The translations under genes were made by a program, and so were the position numbers. Below are positions 51,584 through 61,319 of a stretch of DNA of 64,000 nucleotides, piece by piece. The stretch is from NCBI GenBank assembly GCA_050014195.1, contig JBEKDT010000004.1, forward strand, positions 128,001 through 192,000, given 5' to 3'. The DNA comes from Desulfomonilia bacterium (lineage in GTDB: Bacteria; Desulfobacterota; Desulfomonilia; UBA1062). A model generated the notes under the pieces. The model ran no database searches, was not told the origin of the DNA, and worked only from the letters and a program-made list of their open reading frames with translations. Positions within the stretch are counted from its first letter, which is position 1. Each line of letters begins with the position of its first letter.

Positions 51584-53173
51584 ATGCAAAAAAAAGACAT
51601 TGCACTGCTCATTATGGCACCATTACTCATGTTCGTGGGCGTCTTCGACCATTCACTGTGGACGCCGGATGAGCCTCGGGTGGCCGAGATCGCCCGCACC
51701 ATGGCAGTAACCGGGGATTACCTTATACCCCACCTCGCAAAAGATCCCTTCCTCGAGCAACCGCCCCTGTACTACGCGGTGACCGGTCTTTTCTGGCACA
51801 TCTTCGGTACAGGGAATGAGGGCTTCGGAAGGCTCTCCTCGGTCTTTTTTGCCTTGGGCTCGCTGCTGGTGGTGTTCTTCGGGATGCGATCTCTTTACAG
51901 CAGCCAGGCGGCGGCCCTGACATCACTCATACTTGCAACCACGGTCGGTTTCTTTACGATCTCTCACCGGATCATTGTCGACAATGCCCTTGCCTTTTTC
52001 ATCACTGCGGCACTTTTCTCATTCCTCCTGGCCTACCAAGGCATACTCAAGAAGGGTTACCCGCTCTTCTGGTTATGCCTTGCAGGCGCTTTCCTCATCA
52101 AGGGCTTCATCGGGCTTGCCCTCCCCGGCCTTGCCGTTATGCTCTTCGTTCTCTGGCAGAGGGATTTTGCTGTCATAAAAAGGGCATGGGTGATCCCCGG
52201 TATCCTTGTCGTGATCGCGGTCATAGCGGCATGGGGGGTTGTCCTCTATCAAAGAGGGGGAACAGCATTCCTCTACACCTTCTTCCTCTATAATAACCTC
52301 GGGAGGTTCTTGAACGTCGGCGGCATTTATAATGGAGGCCATGTCCAGCCGTTCTACCATTATTTAGGCGTGATCTTCTCCGACGGACTGCCCTGGTCGC
52401 TGATCCTCTTGCCGGCACTCGTCTTCCTGAAAAGACCCGATGAGAGATTACGGATCTTTTACTGCTGGTTCTTCGGCGGACTCATCCTCTTGAGCCTCTC
52501 TTCCACGAAACGCAACCTCTATTTTCTTCCCATGTACCCCGCCCTGGCGGCCATGGTAGCTGTCTGGATCGAGAGGACGGCGATACAAGGCGCCTCCCTC
52601 TGGGAGCGCCGCTGGCTGTTTGGCGTCGCCACGCTGGTAGGGCTTGCAGGTCTTGGCCTGCCGGTGGCTTATGTGAAGATAGGCGGATCATGGCCTGCAG
52701 CCATTTTCATGTTTCTCCTGTCCATGGTGCTGCTGTGGGGCTTTTTCAGGTCATTGCCCTTCACCCTATCGGAGCGTATTGTCTGCAGCTGGGCGGTACT
52801 GATCATTGCATGGTCGACACTGATCTTTCCCCAGTTGGACACCCTCAAGACCTACAAACCGTTCTTCCGGGAGGCAGGCAGGATTGCAGGAAAAGACACG
52901 GTCATCGGATACAACCTTAACGAGACCATGCAGGCCTTCAGCCCATTCTACGGCGGATTCCCGGTAGAGAATATCTCTGATCGAAATCAGTTTTCGCAGA
53001 TTGTTACCACAGGCAAGGCACAGTATGTCTTGTTCCAGCCAAAGAAGAATGATATGGATTTGAGTCATCTCCTGGAATTAAACGGCCAGAGGCTACTGAA
53101 AATAGAAAACCAGGAGAAAAGGCCCACCGAGTTCTGGCGCCTTTCAAGACCTTTACCCGCACAGAAAGGATAA
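51584..53173 (+). CDS. arnT: ArnT/GT39-family membrane glycosyltransferase
   Basis: WTPDEPRVAEIAR, FLEQPPLYY, KG, STKRNLYFLP; first gene of the arn cluster. Confidence 0.8.
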   Translation: MQKKDIALLIMAPLLMFVGVFDHSLWTPDEPRVAEIARTMAVTGDYLIPHLAKDPFLEQPPLYYAVTGLFWHIFGTGNEGFGRLSSVFFALGSLLVVFFGMRSLYSSQAAALTSLILATTVGFFTISHRIIVDNALAFFITAALFSFLLAYQGILKKGYPLFWLCLAGAFLIKGFIGLALPGLAVMLFVLWQRDFAVIKRAWVIPGILVVIAVIAAWGVVLYQRGGTAFLYTFFLYNNLGRFLNVGGIYNGGHVQPFYHYLGVIFSDGLPWSLILLPALVFLKRPDERLRIFYCWFFGGLILLSLSSTKRNLYFLPMYPALAAMVAVWIERTAIQGASLWERRWLFGVATLVGLAGLGLPVAYVKIGGSWPAAIFMFLLSMVLLWGFFRSLPFTLSERIVCSWAVLIIAWSTLIFPQLDTLKTYKPFFREAGRIAGKDTVIGYNLNETMQAFSPFYGGFPVENISDRNQFSQIVTTGKAQYVLFQPKKNDMDLSHLLELNGQRLLKIENQEKRPTEFWRLSRPLPAQKG

Positions 53174-54300
53174 TGACTATGGCAGACTTCATCCCCATGA
53201 GCAGACCATATTTTGGTAACGAAGAAGTCGAGGCGGTGACCGAGGTCATCAAGTCAGGCTGGATCACGACCGGGCCCAAGTGCGCCCGGTTCGAGGAGGA
53301 TTTCGCACATTACACGGGCTCGGGGCATGCACTGGCGCTGAGTTCGGGCACGGCAGGCATGCACCTCCTGTTCAAGGCATTGGGCATCGGAGCGGGCGAT
53401 GAGGTCATCACCCCTTCCATGACCTTTGCATCCACGGTGAACCAGATTGTACTGGCAGGGGCCAGGCCCGTATTCGTTGATGTGGACTACGAGACCCTGC
53501 TGGTGAAGCCTCAGGAAATCGAGAAGTGCGTCACCAAGAAAACCAAGGCGGTGATCCCTGTGCACTTCGCAGGCGCGCCTGCGGACATGGACGCCATAGA
53601 AGCCGTATGTGGCAATATCCCGATCATCGAGGATGCGGCCCATGCCGTAGGCACCTTTTACAAGGGCAGGCACATCGGATATCGCAACCTGGCCGTATTC
53701 TCGTTCCACCCCATCAAGAACATCACCACTGCCGAAGGAGGGATGATCACCGGCGGCTCCAAGGATTTGTTGGAGAAGCTGAAACTGCTGAAATTCCATG
53801 GTATCGAGCGGGACGCCTGGAAGCGCTACGGCAAGGCGTCAGACCCCACCTATGATATTGAAGAGCCGGCGTTCAAGTACAACATGACGGATATCCAGGC
53901 GGCGCTGGGCATCGTACAACTGGCCAAAATTGGGGAGATCAACGCTCATCGGACACGCATCGCCGAACGCTATCGGGATGCCCTCTCCCGGGTCAAGGGC
54001 CTCGACCTGCCGGGTGTGCCCACCTATGATCACGTCCACTCCTGGCACCTCTTTGTCATTAAGACCCGCACCGTTGACCGGAAGACCCTCATGCAGGAGC
54101 TTGCGGAGCGGGGTATCGGCTACGGCCTCCACTTCCCGGCATGCCATACCTTAAAATATGTCAAGAAACTCTTCGGGAAGATAGACCTGCCTGAGACCGA
54201 GACTGCATCGGAGCGTATCTTGAGCATCCCGCTGTATCCTTCCATGGATGATTCCCAGGTGGAGAGAGTTATCACTGCACTCAAGGAGATCTTTCTATGA
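53173..54300 (+). CDS. arnB: UDP-4-amino-4-deoxy-L-arabinose aminotransferase
   Basis: SGWITTGPK, IEDAAHAVG, FSFHPIKNITTAEGG. Confidence 0.9.
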   Translation: MTMADFIPMSRPYFGNEEVEAVTEVIKSGWITTGPKCARFEEDFAHYTGSGHALALSSGTAGMHLLFKALGIGAGDEVITPSMTFASTVNQIVLAGARPVFVDVDYETLLVKPQEIEKCVTKKTKAVIPVHFAGAPADMDAIEAVCGNIPIIEDAAHAVGTFYKGRHIGYRNLAVFSFHPIKNITTAEGGMITGGSKDLLEKLKLLKFHGIERDAWKRYGKASDPTYDIEEPAFKYNMTDIQAALGIVQLAKIGEINAHRTRIAERYRDALSRVKGLDLPGVPTYDHVHSWHLFVIKTRTVDRKTLMQELAERGIGYGLHFPACHTLKYVKKLFGKIDLPETETASERILSIPLYPSMDDSQVERVITALKEIFL

Positions 54301-54334
54301 AAAGGGCAATCTTTCTGCAGGAGGCTACAAGACC

Positions 54335-55264
54335 ATGAGCCAGGCCAAGATCTCGGTCGTCATACCGGTGTATAACGAGGAGAAGGGACTGCCAAAACTC
54401 TTCGAGCGCCTGCTGCCGGTGATGGAGGGCATGAATAGGGATTACGAGGTTGTCCTGGTGGATGATGGAAGCGCTGATGAGTCCCTGAAAATCCTTAAGC
54501 ACCATGCATCGGAAAGGGTAATCGTCGTGGAACTCTCAAGGAACTACGGCCAGCACTCAGCCATATTCGCCGGCTTTGAGACGAGTACGGGGGAGATCAT
54601 CGTCACCATGGATGCAGACCTCCAGAACCCGCCCGAGGAGATCCCCCGGCTGGTGGATGTGATGGAAAAAGGCAACTACGAGGTAGTGGGTACGGTGAGG
54701 ATGATGAGGCAGGACACGGCCTTCCGCAAGACGGCGAGCCGGATCGTCAATGCCATCACAAGGCGTATCACGGGCGTGCAGCTGAACGACTGGGGATGCA
54801 TGCTCAGGGCTTACAAGAGACACGTGGTGGAGTACATGATTTCGAGCCATGAGCACTCCACCTTCATACCTGCCCTTGCCACCAGCTTTGCCAAGGATAT
54901 TGCCGAGATCGAGGTGAAGCACGAAGAGCGCTTTGCAGGTGAGACCAAATATTCGCTTTCAAAGCTTATCTCTCTGCAATTCGACCTGGTGACATCCTTC
55001 TCTGATTTTCCCCTGAAGGCAATGCTCTATACCGGCTTTGTCCTGGCCTTTCTCGGCATCGGCTTCGGCACCTTTCTTGCGGTGGCCAGGCTTGCCTTCG
55101 GTGCCGAGTGGGCGGCACAAGGTATATTCACCCTGTTCGCCATCCTGTTCTTCTTCATCGGCGCACAGTTCCTGGCCTTTGGCGTTATGGGCGAGTATGT
55201 AGGCAGGATCTATAAGGAGGTCAAGCAGCGGCCCCCTTATACCATCAGGAGGATATACCGTTGA
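54335..55264 (+). CDS. arnC: Undecaprenyl-phosphate Ara4FN transferase
   Basis: SVVIPVYNEE, RNYGQHSAI, DADLQNPPEEIPRL, STFIPALA; ATG 54335. Confidence 0.9.
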   Translation: MSQAKISVVIPVYNEEKGLPKLFERLLPVMEGMNRDYEVVLVDDGSADESLKILKHHASERVIVVELSRNYGQHSAIFAGFETSTGEIIVTMDADLQNPPEEIPRLVDVMEKGNYEVVGTVRMMRQDTAFRKTASRIVNAITRRITGVQLNDWGCMLRAYKRHVVEYMISSHEHSTFIPALATSFAKDIAEIEVKHEERFAGETKYSLSKLISLQFDLVTSFSDFPLKAMLYTGFVLAFLGIGFGTFLAVARLAFGAEWAAQGIFTLFAILFFFIGAQFLAFGVMGEYVGRIYKEVKQRPPYTIRRIYR

Positions 55265-56175
55265 AGGCCCTTGTGTTTGCCTACCACAACATGGGCATTA
55301 TCGGCATCAAGAGACTTAAGGAAGCGGGTTTTGAGATACCGCTCGTGTTCTCCCATGAAGACGACCCGAACGAGAACGTGTGGTTCGGCTCCGTACCGGG
55401 GCTCTGCCGGGAGCTTGCCATCCCGTGCGTCTGCCCAAGGGACCCCAACCAGTATGGATGGATCGAGCGGATCAAGGCGGCAAAGCCGGACATCATTTTC
55501 AGTTTCTATTATCGGTTTATGCTTAAAAGCGCGATCCTTTCCATCCCGCCGCTGGGCGCCTACAACCTTCACGGTTCATATCTCCCGCAGTATCGCGGCC
55601 GGTGCCCGGTAAACTGGGTCATCATCAACGGGGAGCATACCACCGGTGTGACGCTCCACGAAATGGAGGAAAAGCCCGATGCCGGCGCCATCGTGACCCA
55701 GAAGACGGTCGAGATCTCCCGGGAGGACACGGCCCTGACTCTCTACAAAAAACTCGAACAGGCTGCTGATGTCATGCTTGCCGAGATCCTCCCGCACATG
55801 ATTATCGGCGACATTAAAAAGATACCTATGGACCTATCCAAAGGCTCGTACTATGGCGGCAGAAAGCCTGAAGACGGCCGCATCTTCTGGGACAGGCCCG
55901 CCGAGGAGATCTATAACCTTATCCGTGCCGTCACCAGGCCCTACCCCGGCGCCTTCGGCTTTATCGGCGATGAGATGGTCACCTTCTGGTGGGCTGAGCC
56001 GGCGAACGACATTCAACTGGAGCCGGGCAAGATCGTTTTTCAGGAAGATACTATTTTGATAGGCACCGGTTACGGATGTATAAGGCCGCTTGAGATAGAG
56101 GTAAACGGCAGGGTCCTGAAGGACTTGAGCCTTCATACCTATTTAAAAGACCACGAAGGAGAAATCGTACAATGA
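55261..56175 (+). CDS. arnA: UDP-Ara4N formyltransferase (ArnA N-terminal domain as a separate gene)
   Basis: VFAYHNMG, FSFYYR, NLHGSYLPQYRGRCPVNW, RAVTRPYPGAF. Confidence 0.88.
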   Translation: MKALVFAYHNMGIIGIKRLKEAGFEIPLVFSHEDDPNENVWFGSVPGLCRELAIPCVCPRDPNQYGWIERIKAAKPDIIFSFYYRFMLKSAILSIPPLGAYNLHGSYLPQYRGRCPVNWVIINGEHTTGVTLHEMEEKPDAGAIVTQKTVEISREDTALTLYKKLEQAADVMLAEILPHMIIGDIKKIPMDLSKGSYYGGRKPEDGRIFWDRPAEEIYNLIRAVTRPYPGAFGFIGDEMVTFWWAEPANDIQLEPGKIVFQEDTILIGTGYGCIRPLEIEVNGRVLKDLSLHTYLKDHEGEIVQ

Positions 56176-57203
56176 AGGTACTCATTCTGGGCGTGAACGG
56201 ATTCATCGGCTCGCACCTGAGCGAACGTATCATGAAAGAAACGGACTGGAACGTCTATGGCATGGATCTGGGCGACAACAAGCTCAGGGCCGTGATCAGC
56301 AACGATCGGTTCCACTTCATCGAGGGTGACATCGCGATTAACAAGGAGTGGATCGAGTACCACATCAAAAAGTGCGACGTGGTCCTGCCGCTCGTGGCCA
56401 TCGCCACACCAAAGACCTACGTGGAGAGGCCCTTGAGCGTGTTCGAGCTGGACTTTGAGGAGAACTTGCGGATCATCCGCCAGTGCGTGAAATACGGCAA
56501 GCGGGTGATCTTCCCCTCCACCTCGGAGGTATACGGCATGAGCACAGACGAGGCCTTTGACGAATATTCATCACCGCTCGTGCTGGGTCCCATCCCCATG
56601 CAGCGGTGGATCTACTCATGCTCGAAACAGCTTTTAGACAGGGTTATCTGGGCCTACGGCTCCCGGGGTGAGCTTGACTTCACGTTGATAAGGCCCTTCA
56701 ACTGGATCGGACCACGCCTGGATTCCCTGGAGACGGCTAAAGAGGGTTCCTCCAGGGTCGTCACCCAGTTCATTGCATCCCTTGTGTTCAAAACCGCAAT
56801 CGCCCTGGTGGACGGCGGCATGCAGAGCAGGTCCTTCACCTATATAGACGACGGGATCGCCGCACTCATGAAGATCCTGCACAACGAAGGCGGCAAGGCG
56901 AGCGGCCAGATCTTCAACATCGGCAACCCTGCCAACAACCTCACCATCAAGGACCTGGCCCACAAGCTCCTTGAGATGTTCAAACAGCACCCCAGCCATA
57001 AGAAGGACAAGACCTTTTCCGAGATCATCATCAAGCCTTCAGGGGAATTCTATGGAAAGGGATACCAGGACATCCAGACCAGGGTCCCTTCCATTAAGAA
57101 TGCCATGACCAGGCTCGGCTGGAAACCCGAAGTGAGTCTCGATGAGGCCCTCAAGCGGACGCTTGACAGCTTCCTTGAAGAGATAGAAAGCAGCAATGAC
57201 TGA
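56172..57203 (+). CDS. arnA: UDP-glucuronate oxidase/decarboxylase (ArnA C-terminal domain as a separate gene)
   Basis: VLILGVNGFIG, PLVAIATP, RWIYSCSKQLLDRVIW, RPFNWIGPRLD. Confidence 0.92.
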   Translation: MKVLILGVNGFIGSHLSERIMKETDWNVYGMDLGDNKLRAVISNDRFHFIEGDIAINKEWIEYHIKKCDVVLPLVAIATPKTYVERPLSVFELDFEENLRIIRQCVKYGKRVIFPSTSEVYGMSTDEAFDEYSSPLVLGPIPMQRWIYSCSKQLLDRVIWAYGSRGELDFTLIRPFNWIGPRLDSLETAKEGSSRVVTQFIASLVFKTAIALVDGGMQSRSFTYIDDGIAALMKILHNEGGKASGQIFNIGNPANNLTIKDLAHKLLEMFKQHPSHKKDKTFSEIIIKPSGEFYGKGYQDIQTRVPSIKNAMTRLGWKPEVSLDEALKRTLDSFLEEIESSND

Positions 57204-58050
57204 TCTGGCCCTCAAGGTGGACGTGGACACCTTCCGGGGCATGAAGGAAGGTGTGCCCGCCTTGGCGGCTATTCTAGGCGAATTCAACCTTCAGGCGAGC
57301 TTCTTCATCAGCTACGGTCCGGACAGGTCGGGCCTGGCCATGCTGCAGCTCCTCCGGCCCTCATTCTTGAAAAAGATGATCCGCACGAATGCACCCGGAC
57401 TCTATGGGTGGAAGACCGCGCTCTACGGCACCCTGCTTCCAGCACCCATGATCGGCACTGCCTTTCCGGAAGTGATCAGGGGGCTCATGAAGGCCGGCCA
57501 CGAGATCGCCTGCCATGCCTGGGACCACCGTATCTGGCAGGATTGGCTCTTTCTTATGAGCCGGTCATCCATTGAGACATGGTTTCAGAAGATGGTCGAT
57601 GCACACAAAGGGGTTACAGGCTTGCAGCCCAAGGCCTTCGGCGCGCCCAGCTGGATGATGGACCCTCGATCACTGAAGGTCGTTACCGCTTATAATCTTT
57701 CATACCTGAGCTGTACCCGTGCCTCAGCGCCGTTTGTCTTTGCGGAGAATTCCATGCTGGAGATCCCTTCGAACCTGCCGTGTATCGAGGAAGTCGGCGT
57801 TCAGGACGTGACAGCGTCCATCAAAGAGAAGGCCGGAAGCCCTGTTCCCCAGGTCCTGCCCGTCCATGCCGAGGTGGAGGGCATGGTGTACCAGAGGCAA
57901 TTCAGAGACATGCTGGAGTCTGCCCTTTCACTGGGATTTACCATACGTCCGTTACAGCATATTGCATCGGATCTTGAAAAGGGTAGGCTCCCAATACGCC
58001 CTCTCACCATGGGCCTGATCCCCGGCAGGGCCTTCCGCTGCGCGGTGTAA
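57196..58050 (+). CDS. arnD: Ara4FN deformylase (polysaccharide deacetylase fold)
   Basis: LKVDVDTFRG, GPDRSG, HAWDH..WQD, HAEVEG. Confidence 0.85.
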   Translation: MTDLALKVDVDTFRGMKEGVPALAAILGEFNLQASFFISYGPDRSGLAMLQLLRPSFLKKMIRTNAPGLYGWKTALYGTLLPAPMIGTAFPEVIRGLMKAGHEIACHAWDHRIWQDWLFLMSRSSIETWFQKMVDAHKGVTGLQPKAFGAPSWMMDPRSLKVVTAYNLSYLSCTRASAPFVFAENSMLEIPSNLPCIEEVGVQDVTASIKEKAGSPVPQVLPVHAEVEGMVYQRQFRDMLESALSLGFTIRPLQHIASDLEKGRLPIRPLTMGLIPGRAFRCAV

Positions 58051-58071
58051 TTCCTATAAGAAATAGACGCT

Positions 58072-58146
58072 GTAGGAGCGGCTTCATCCGCGACCCTGCA
58101 CAGGCAGGGATACATCGAATCGTGTCGCGCCTAAAGGCGCTCCTAC
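58072..58146. repeat. GTAG-type REP doublet (REPIN) between convergent genes
   Basis: GTAGGAGCGGCTTCATCCGCGAC ... GTCGCGCCTAAAGGCGCTCCTAC. Confidence 0.8.
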
Positions 58147-58220
58147 TCAAGCCATACCCACCGGCCGGCCGCTGTTATGGGTGCGTATGCACTATCCGGT
58201 TTACATCCGCCCCGCCTTCC

Positions 58221-58832
58221 CTACTCCTCCCGCTTGCGCATCTTTGACACGAAGCGCTCCCACCTGCGCGGACCCGGCAGCCGGTAGGGCGTAACCGCCT
58301 CGCTTACGAAACGCACATCCTCCACCGAGTAGAAGGCTAAAGGGTTGTGCTGCTTGATGATCTCCACGATATGCTCGATGTTGCTGCGCTCCACAATGGA
58401 CATGATGACCTTCACCGGACCGGTCACCCCTTCGGCATCAATGATGGTAAGCCCGTATCCTGCGGACCTGAGGAAAGTGATCAGATCATCGGCATCTCTT
58501 CTCGTGATGATGCGGATGATCACCTTGCCGATAGAGAGCCTGTTTTCGATGAGAATGCCTACATAATTGCCTGTAGCAAAGCCCGCGGCATAGGCGATCA
58601 TGCAGAAGGGGTTGCCCAGGTGCTGAAAGATCTGACGGATGGCCATGAGCCAGATCAGAACCTCGAAGAACCCGATGACGGTTGCATAATGTTTCAGGTG
58701 CCTGTTGATGAAGATAATGCGGATGGTGTCCAGGCTCACATCCATGATACGGGCAATGAAGATGAGGATGGGAAGTACCACCCAGGTGTACATCGTAGAA
58801 TCGAAGAATGCAGGCATTGCCATATCCCTCAT
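58221..58832 (-). CDS. DUF2179/UPF0316-family membrane protein
   Basis: IFIARIMDVSLDTIRI, GFFEVLIW, YAAGFATGNYVG. Confidence 0.85.
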   Translation of the reverse strand: MRDMAMPAFFDSTMYTWVVLPILIFIARIMDVSLDTIRIIFINRHLKHYATVIGFFEVLIWLMAIRQIFQHLGNPFCMIAYAAGFATGNYVGILIENRLSIGKVIIRIITRRDADDLITFLRSAGYGLTIIDAEGVTGPVKVIMSIVERSNIEHIVEIIKQHNPLAFYSVEDVRFVSEAVTPYRLPGPRRWERFVSKMRKREE

Positions 58833-59217
58833 GCCCCCTTACGACGGCCAAGAAGAAAGCATATACCTGTTATCCTGTACCACCTCTTCATGGGAATGGG
58901 AATACCCTGTAGGGTAAAAGTATACGCTCTGTTCAACCAGGACGATAAGAATCAAACTCTATGGTACTGGGCAACAATTACTATCCGGCTAAAGAGCCGG
59001 CCATCCGAAGTCAAACTACAAAAAAAATCTTAAAATTATATTGCCTAGTGCTGGGTTTTCATTATTATTAAACTATAGAGGTCATAGTATAGCTCGGTTG
59101 TTTAGGTGAAATGAAATACTTGCAGCGGATTTTACCTCCTGGTTTGAGATCGCAAGTATGGCGTTGAAAAATTTCTTGCGTGCTCTTCGGGCCAACTGAG
59201 ATGAAAGGAGCGCTTTG

Positions 59218-59472
59218 ATGGCGGAGAGTGAATATCATGTAATCGAGCTCGTCGGAACAAGCTCTGAGTCATGGGAGAGGGCGGCGGCGGCCGCAATTGA
59301 GACTGCATCGAAACTGTTGAGAGACACACGGATCGCCGAGGTGGTTCAGCTGGACATGAAGACCGATGACAACAACAAGCCTGTATACCGGGCGAGGTTA
59401 AGGGTGTCTTTCAGGTATCACCTTATCTTTTCCCTTACACCGAAGTTTCATAAACGTTCGAACCACTGGTAG
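59218..59472 (+). CDS. Dodecin-family flavin-binding protein with C-terminal extension
   Basis: YHVIELVGTSSESWERAA, RIAEV, YRARLRVSF. Confidence 0.85.
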   Translation: MAESEYHVIELVGTSSESWERAAAAAIETASKLLRDTRIAEVVQLDMKTDDNNKPVYRARLRVSFRYHLIFSLTPKFHKRSNHW

Positions 59473-59556
59473 CCTTGTCGATTTTGGTGTTGGGTATACA
59501 CTTTTATATATGGGCGGTTTTATCATGGTGACAGTAAAGATGAAAGGAGAGCATTT

Positions 59557-59772
59557 ATGCCAGAGAGCGTCTACAAAGTGATCGAAATCATTGGGACCAG
59601 CCCGGTGTCATGGGAGAAGGCGGCTGAAGCGGCAATCAAGACAGCTTCGAAGTCAATAAAGGACCTGCGCATCGCCGAGGTGGTTGAACTGGACCTTCAG
59701 ATCGAGAACGGCAAGGTGAGCAACTACCGCACGAAATTGAGCATCTCTTTCAAATACCAGGGCAAAGAGTAA
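59557..59772 (+). CDS. Dodecin-family flavin-binding protein
   Basis: VYKVIEIIGTSPVSWEKAA, LRIAEV, YRTKLSISFKY. Confidence 0.92.
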   Translation: MPESVYKVIEIIGTSPVSWEKAAEAAIKTASKSIKDLRIAEVVELDLQIENGKVSNYRTKLSISFKYQGKE

Positions 59773-60036
59773 CCCGGGCCTGCATGTAGGGGGTCATTCC
59801 CGGCCGGGCCGCACAAGTGCGGCAGCCCATGCAAGTACGGAGCTCTACAATCGTGTTTCATACATCGCGGACTTCGCTCCTCATACGGTTTTTCTCGCTG
59901 AGATTGCAGGACTCATGGTAAGGTAAAGTCATAGCTGAAGGCTTTACCATATTAAGTTTGTGCAATCGGCCATAGCTATCGCAAATTACTTTGGCGAGGA
60001 GAAGGTTTCTTAAGTCATATGCCCAGGGGGATAAAG

Positions 60037-60936
60037 ATGCTCAAAAAAATTTTTCTCTCAGCAATGCTGCTGACTTTTACCGTTTCGCTGTCCGCACAGG
60101 ATTTGAAGCCGATCAAACTCCCGCCGCCGCAGCTCTACGAAGGTAAAACATTGATGCTCTCGTTGAAGGAGAGAAAATCGACACGATCGTTCAGCACGAT
60201 CAAATTGCCTCTGAATGTGCTTTCAGATCTGCTCTGGGCCGCCTGCGGGATAAACCGTCCCGAAACCGGGCGGCGTACCGCGCCGTCCGCCTCGAACTGG
60301 CAGGAGATAGACATCTATGTGGCCACATCCGACGGTCTCTTTCTTTATGATGTGAAGGAGCATGCACTAAACCCCGTCATTCAACAGGACATCCGATCCC
60401 TTACCGGCAAACAGTCTTTTGCAGGCGAGGCACCGGTGGACCTGGTCTATGTTGCCGACTTCTCGAGAATGGGCGGTGCGAATGCCGAGGAAAGGAATTT
60501 TTACTCCGCAGCCGATACGGGTTTCATCAGCCAGAATGTGTATCTCTATTGTGCCTCCGCCGGATTGGTAACGGTCGTAAGAGGTTCCGTCGAGAGGGAC
60601 GAACTGGCGTCAGCCATGAAACTGCGCAACAACCAGAAAATCATCCTGGCTCAGACTGTGGGTTATCCGGCGGGATTTATCGCCCGGAAGGGCCCCGGTG
60701 TGTTCAACCTCAACAAGGTATCGTATGAACAGCTCAAAGCGTTTCCCTTGTTAACCGAGCCGATTGCAAGAAGAATTGTCGATTATCGGTTCACCTACGG
60801 TCACTTTAACAGCATCAATGACCTCATTAAGGTACGGGGCGTAACCTGGAAACTTATCGATAAGATCAAGCCATATCTTGTACTCGAAGGGGATACGACT
60901 TTCGACCTTACAAGTTTTAGAAATACAGGGAGCTGA
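60037..60936 (+). CDS. Exported nitroreductase-fold (SagB/ThcOx-like) protein fused to a helix-hairpin-helix domain
   Basis: Signal peptide, RKSTRSF, RTAPSASNWQE, DTGFISQNVYL, QTVGYP; tail NLNKVSYEQL..ARRIVDYR..F.SINDLIKVRGV. Confidence 0.85.
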   Translation: MLKKIFLSAMLLTFTVSLSAQDLKPIKLPPPQLYEGKTLMLSLKERKSTRSFSTIKLPLNVLSDLLWAACGINRPETGRRTAPSASNWQEIDIYVATSDGLFLYDVKEHALNPVIQQDIRSLTGKQSFAGEAPVDLVYVADFSRMGGANAEERNFYSAADTGFISQNVYLYCASAGLVTVVRGSVERDELASAMKLRNNQKIILAQTVGYPAGFIARKGPGVFNLNKVSYEQLKAFPLLTEPIARRIVDYRFTYGHFNSINDLIKVRGVTWKLIDKIKPYLVLEGDTTFDLTSFRNTGS

Positions 60937-60967
60937 AAATAGCATTCCTGGAGAGGATTGGTGTGCT

Positions 60968-61273
60968 ATGGTTATTGTCCATGTCTTTGTCCGTGTAAAG
61001 CAAGAGGCAATCGAGGCATTCAAGGACGCATCGAGGGAAAATGCAAGAAACAGCGTATTGGAGCCCGGCGTTGCGCGATTTGATGTCATGCAACAGAATG
61101 ATACTCCTGAGAGGTTCCTGCTCGTGGAGGTCTATCGGTCAGAGGTTGCGACATCCCAGCACAAGCAGACTTCCCACTACGGACAATGGAGGGATACGGT
61201 GGATTCCATGATGGCAGAGCCGAGGTACAGCATCAGGTATACAAACGTCTTTCCCGAAGATGCTGCTTGGTGA
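60968..61273 (+). CDS. ABM-family monooxygenase (LsrG-like)
   Basis: NSVLEPGVARFDV, FLLVEVYR, HKQTSHY..WRD. Confidence 0.88.
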   Translation: MVIVHVFVRVKQEAIEAFKDASRENARNSVLEPGVARFDVMQQNDTPERFLLVEVYRSEVATSQHKQTSHYGQWRDTVDSMMAEPRYSIRYTNVFPEDAAW

Positions 61274-61319
61274 TACATGATATCACAAGAAATAATCCAT
61301 TTTTAAGAGGTCTACTGCC

